Assembly: GCA_964575675.1 (NCBI GenBank)
Contig: CAZNRY010000001.1
Location: forward strand, 32,416-85,609
Length of the DNA stretch: 53,194 nucleotides
Direction: 5' to 3'
Source of the DNA: an uncultured bacterium
GTDB lineage: Bacteria; Eisenbacteria; RBG-16-71-46; CAIMUX01; VGJL01
This document shows positions 52,096 to 53,194 of the stretch, piece after piece. The notes under the pieces were generated by a model that saw nothing but the letters and a program-made list of their open reading frames with translations, made no database searches and was not told where the DNA came from. Position 1 is the stretch's first letter. Each line of letters begins with the position of its first letter. Both the position numbers and the translations under genes were made by a program.

Positions 52096-52714
52096 GGGCT
52101 CGACGGCATCGCTCGCTGACGAGCTTCGCCGGATCGGGCGTCTGCTCGGGCGTCGCGGGATCTTCGTCGCAGACGACGGCAATCTGAGTGCCCGGTGTCC
52201 GGATGGAAGCGTCTGGATCACCGCGCGTGGGGTCCGCAAGGACGCGCTCCTTCGCGGCGACCTCGTCCGCGTGGCTGCGGACGGAACGCGGCTCGAGGGA
52301 TCGTCGGAACCCTCTTCGGAGATCTTCCTCCACCTTGGGATTTACTCGTGGCGGCCGGACGTTGGGGCCGTGATCCACGCCCATCCTCCCTTCGCGACGG
52401 GATTTGCCGCCGCCGGCGTGGAGATCCGCGAGGATGCCCTCGCGGAGGCCGCCGTGGCCCTTGGGCGCGTCCCCGTCGTTCCGTACCGTACGCCGGGGCA
52501 GAGGGAAGCAGGCGAGATCGTCCGCCCCTACCTCGCCATGCACCGGGCGTTGCTTCTCGGCAACCACGGGGCGGTCACTCTCGGCCGCGATCTCGAGGAC
52601 GCGTGCCGCCGCATGGAGCGGCTCGAGCATGTCGCGCGCACGGTCTTGACGGCCCGCCTGCTCGGCGGTGTCTGTCCACTCACCCGAGAGCAACGGGAAG
52701 CACTCGGTCACTAG
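52085..52714 (+). CDS. class II aldolase/adducin-family protein
   Basis: ITARGVRKD, EIFLHLGIY, VIHAHPPFATGFA, LGNHGAVTLG. Confidence 0.8.
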   Translation: MASEGSTASLADELRRIGRLLGRRGIFVADDGNLSARCPDGSVWITARGVRKDALLRGDLVRVAADGTRLEGSSEPSSEIFLHLGIYSWRPDVGAVIHAHPPFATGFAAAGVEIREDALAEAAVALGRVPVVPYRTPGQREAGEIVRPYLAMHRALLLGNHGAVTLGRDLEDACRRMERLEHVARTVLTARLLGGVCPLTREQREALGH

Positions 52715-52731
52715 AACGAAAGGAAATCGCC

Positions 52732-53194
52732 ATGGCCCAAGGGATCGTGACGAAGGAAGATCTGCTCCGCTACATCTCCGAACACGACGTGAAGATCATC
52801 AACCTCTGGTTCGTCGACATCCTCGGGATGCTGAAGTCCTTCGGGATCACCCCGAACCAGTTGGAAGAGGCGATGGATGAAGGGCTCGGCTTCGACGGCT
52901 CTTCGGTCGAGGGTTTCGCGCGGATCTACGAATCCGATCTGATTGCCTTCCCCGACATCGAGACCTTCGAGATTCTGCCCCGGCTGGTCGACGGGCATCT
53001 CCATGCCCGGATGATCTGCGACATCCAGAACCCGGACCGCACTCCCTACGCGGGCGACCCGCGGCACGTCCTGCGGCGCAACATCGAGAAGGCCGCGCGC
53101 ATGGGCTTCACCTTCAACGTCGGTCCGGAACTCGAGTACTTCTACCTGAAGGCGCACGACGATCCGCGCGCGCTCGACCACGCCGGATACTTCG
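52732..53194 (+). CDS. glnA: glutamine synthetase, N-terminal part (runs off the window)
   Basis: Not in the ORF track because it has no stop; translated by hand from ATG 52732 after GAAAGGAAA: MAQGIVTKEDLLRYISEHDVKIINLWFVDILGMLKSFGI...GFDGSSVEGFARIYESDL...NVGPELEYFYL. Confidence 0.85.
   Translation, partial: MAQGIVTKEDLLRYISEHDVKIINLWFVDILGMLKSFGITPNQLEEAMDEGLGFDGSSVEGFARIYESDLIAFPDIETFEILPRLVDGHLHARMICDIQNPDRTPYAGDPRHVLRRNIEKAARMGFTFNVGPELEYFYLKAHDDPRALDHAGYF

Noticed and set aside
52711-53181. 156-aa minus-strand ORF at the right edge, the only ORF the track lists there.
   Set aside because: The plus strand from ATG 52732 translates into an unmistakable glutamine synthetase N-terminus. 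That ORF is missing from the track only because it has no stop within the window.
1-53194. Search for CRISPR arrays, rRNA/tRNA genes, transposases, integrases, phage genes, restriction-modification or toxin-antitoxin pairs.
   Set aside because: No regularly spaced direct repeats, no gaps large enough for rRNA, no cloverleaf candidates in the intergenic regions and no ORF with the relevant catalytic motifs were seen. The window looks like core chromosome.

Overview
53.2-kb high-GC bacterial chromosomal segment (roughly 65-70% GC from hand-counting a few lines). It is densely packed with about 48 protein-coding genes on both strands, many joined by 4-nt ATGA/GTGA start/stop overlaps. I recognised no rRNA, tRNA, CRISPR array, transposase, integrase or phage genes. 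All family names are motif recognition by eye; no searches were run.

Housekeeping backbone: ftsE-ftsX-envC-like; holB-PSP1-tatD-rsmA-UDG; secD-secF; moaD-moaE; a SurA-like PPIase; nnr; a class II aldolase; glnA (partial at the 3' edge); and a long aromatic amino acid hydroxylase.

Envelope and accessory content:
- two purple-acid-phosphatase-like secreted phosphoesterases
- a PD40 + Asp-box beta-propeller protein
- an OmpA-family protein
- two cargo proteins ending in T9SS/FlgD-Ig-type C-terminal domains, which hints at an FCB-group, Gemmatimonadota-like or candidate-phylum origin (low-confidence inference)
- signalling proteins with degenerate phospho-sites

I see no clear defence, mobile or toxin system. 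The best candidates for undescribed biology are:
1. A translationally coupled four-gene envelope module at 42030-49151: DUF4159, a 1130-aa double-TM coiled-coil giant, a TPR-like protein and a GATase1-like protein.
2. A 641-aa beta-barrel followed by two paralogous lipoproteins (34831-38037).
3. A coupled pair of GT-C membrane glycosyltransferases, DUF2723 plus a TPR-tailed enzyme (10318-14447).
4. A family of REP/MITE-like palindromic intergenic elements (14453-14639, 32151-32340, 49189-49247).
5. A DUF47-PiT phosphate-transporter gene pair carrying two independent lesions, an in-frame TAA and a 1-nt frameshift.
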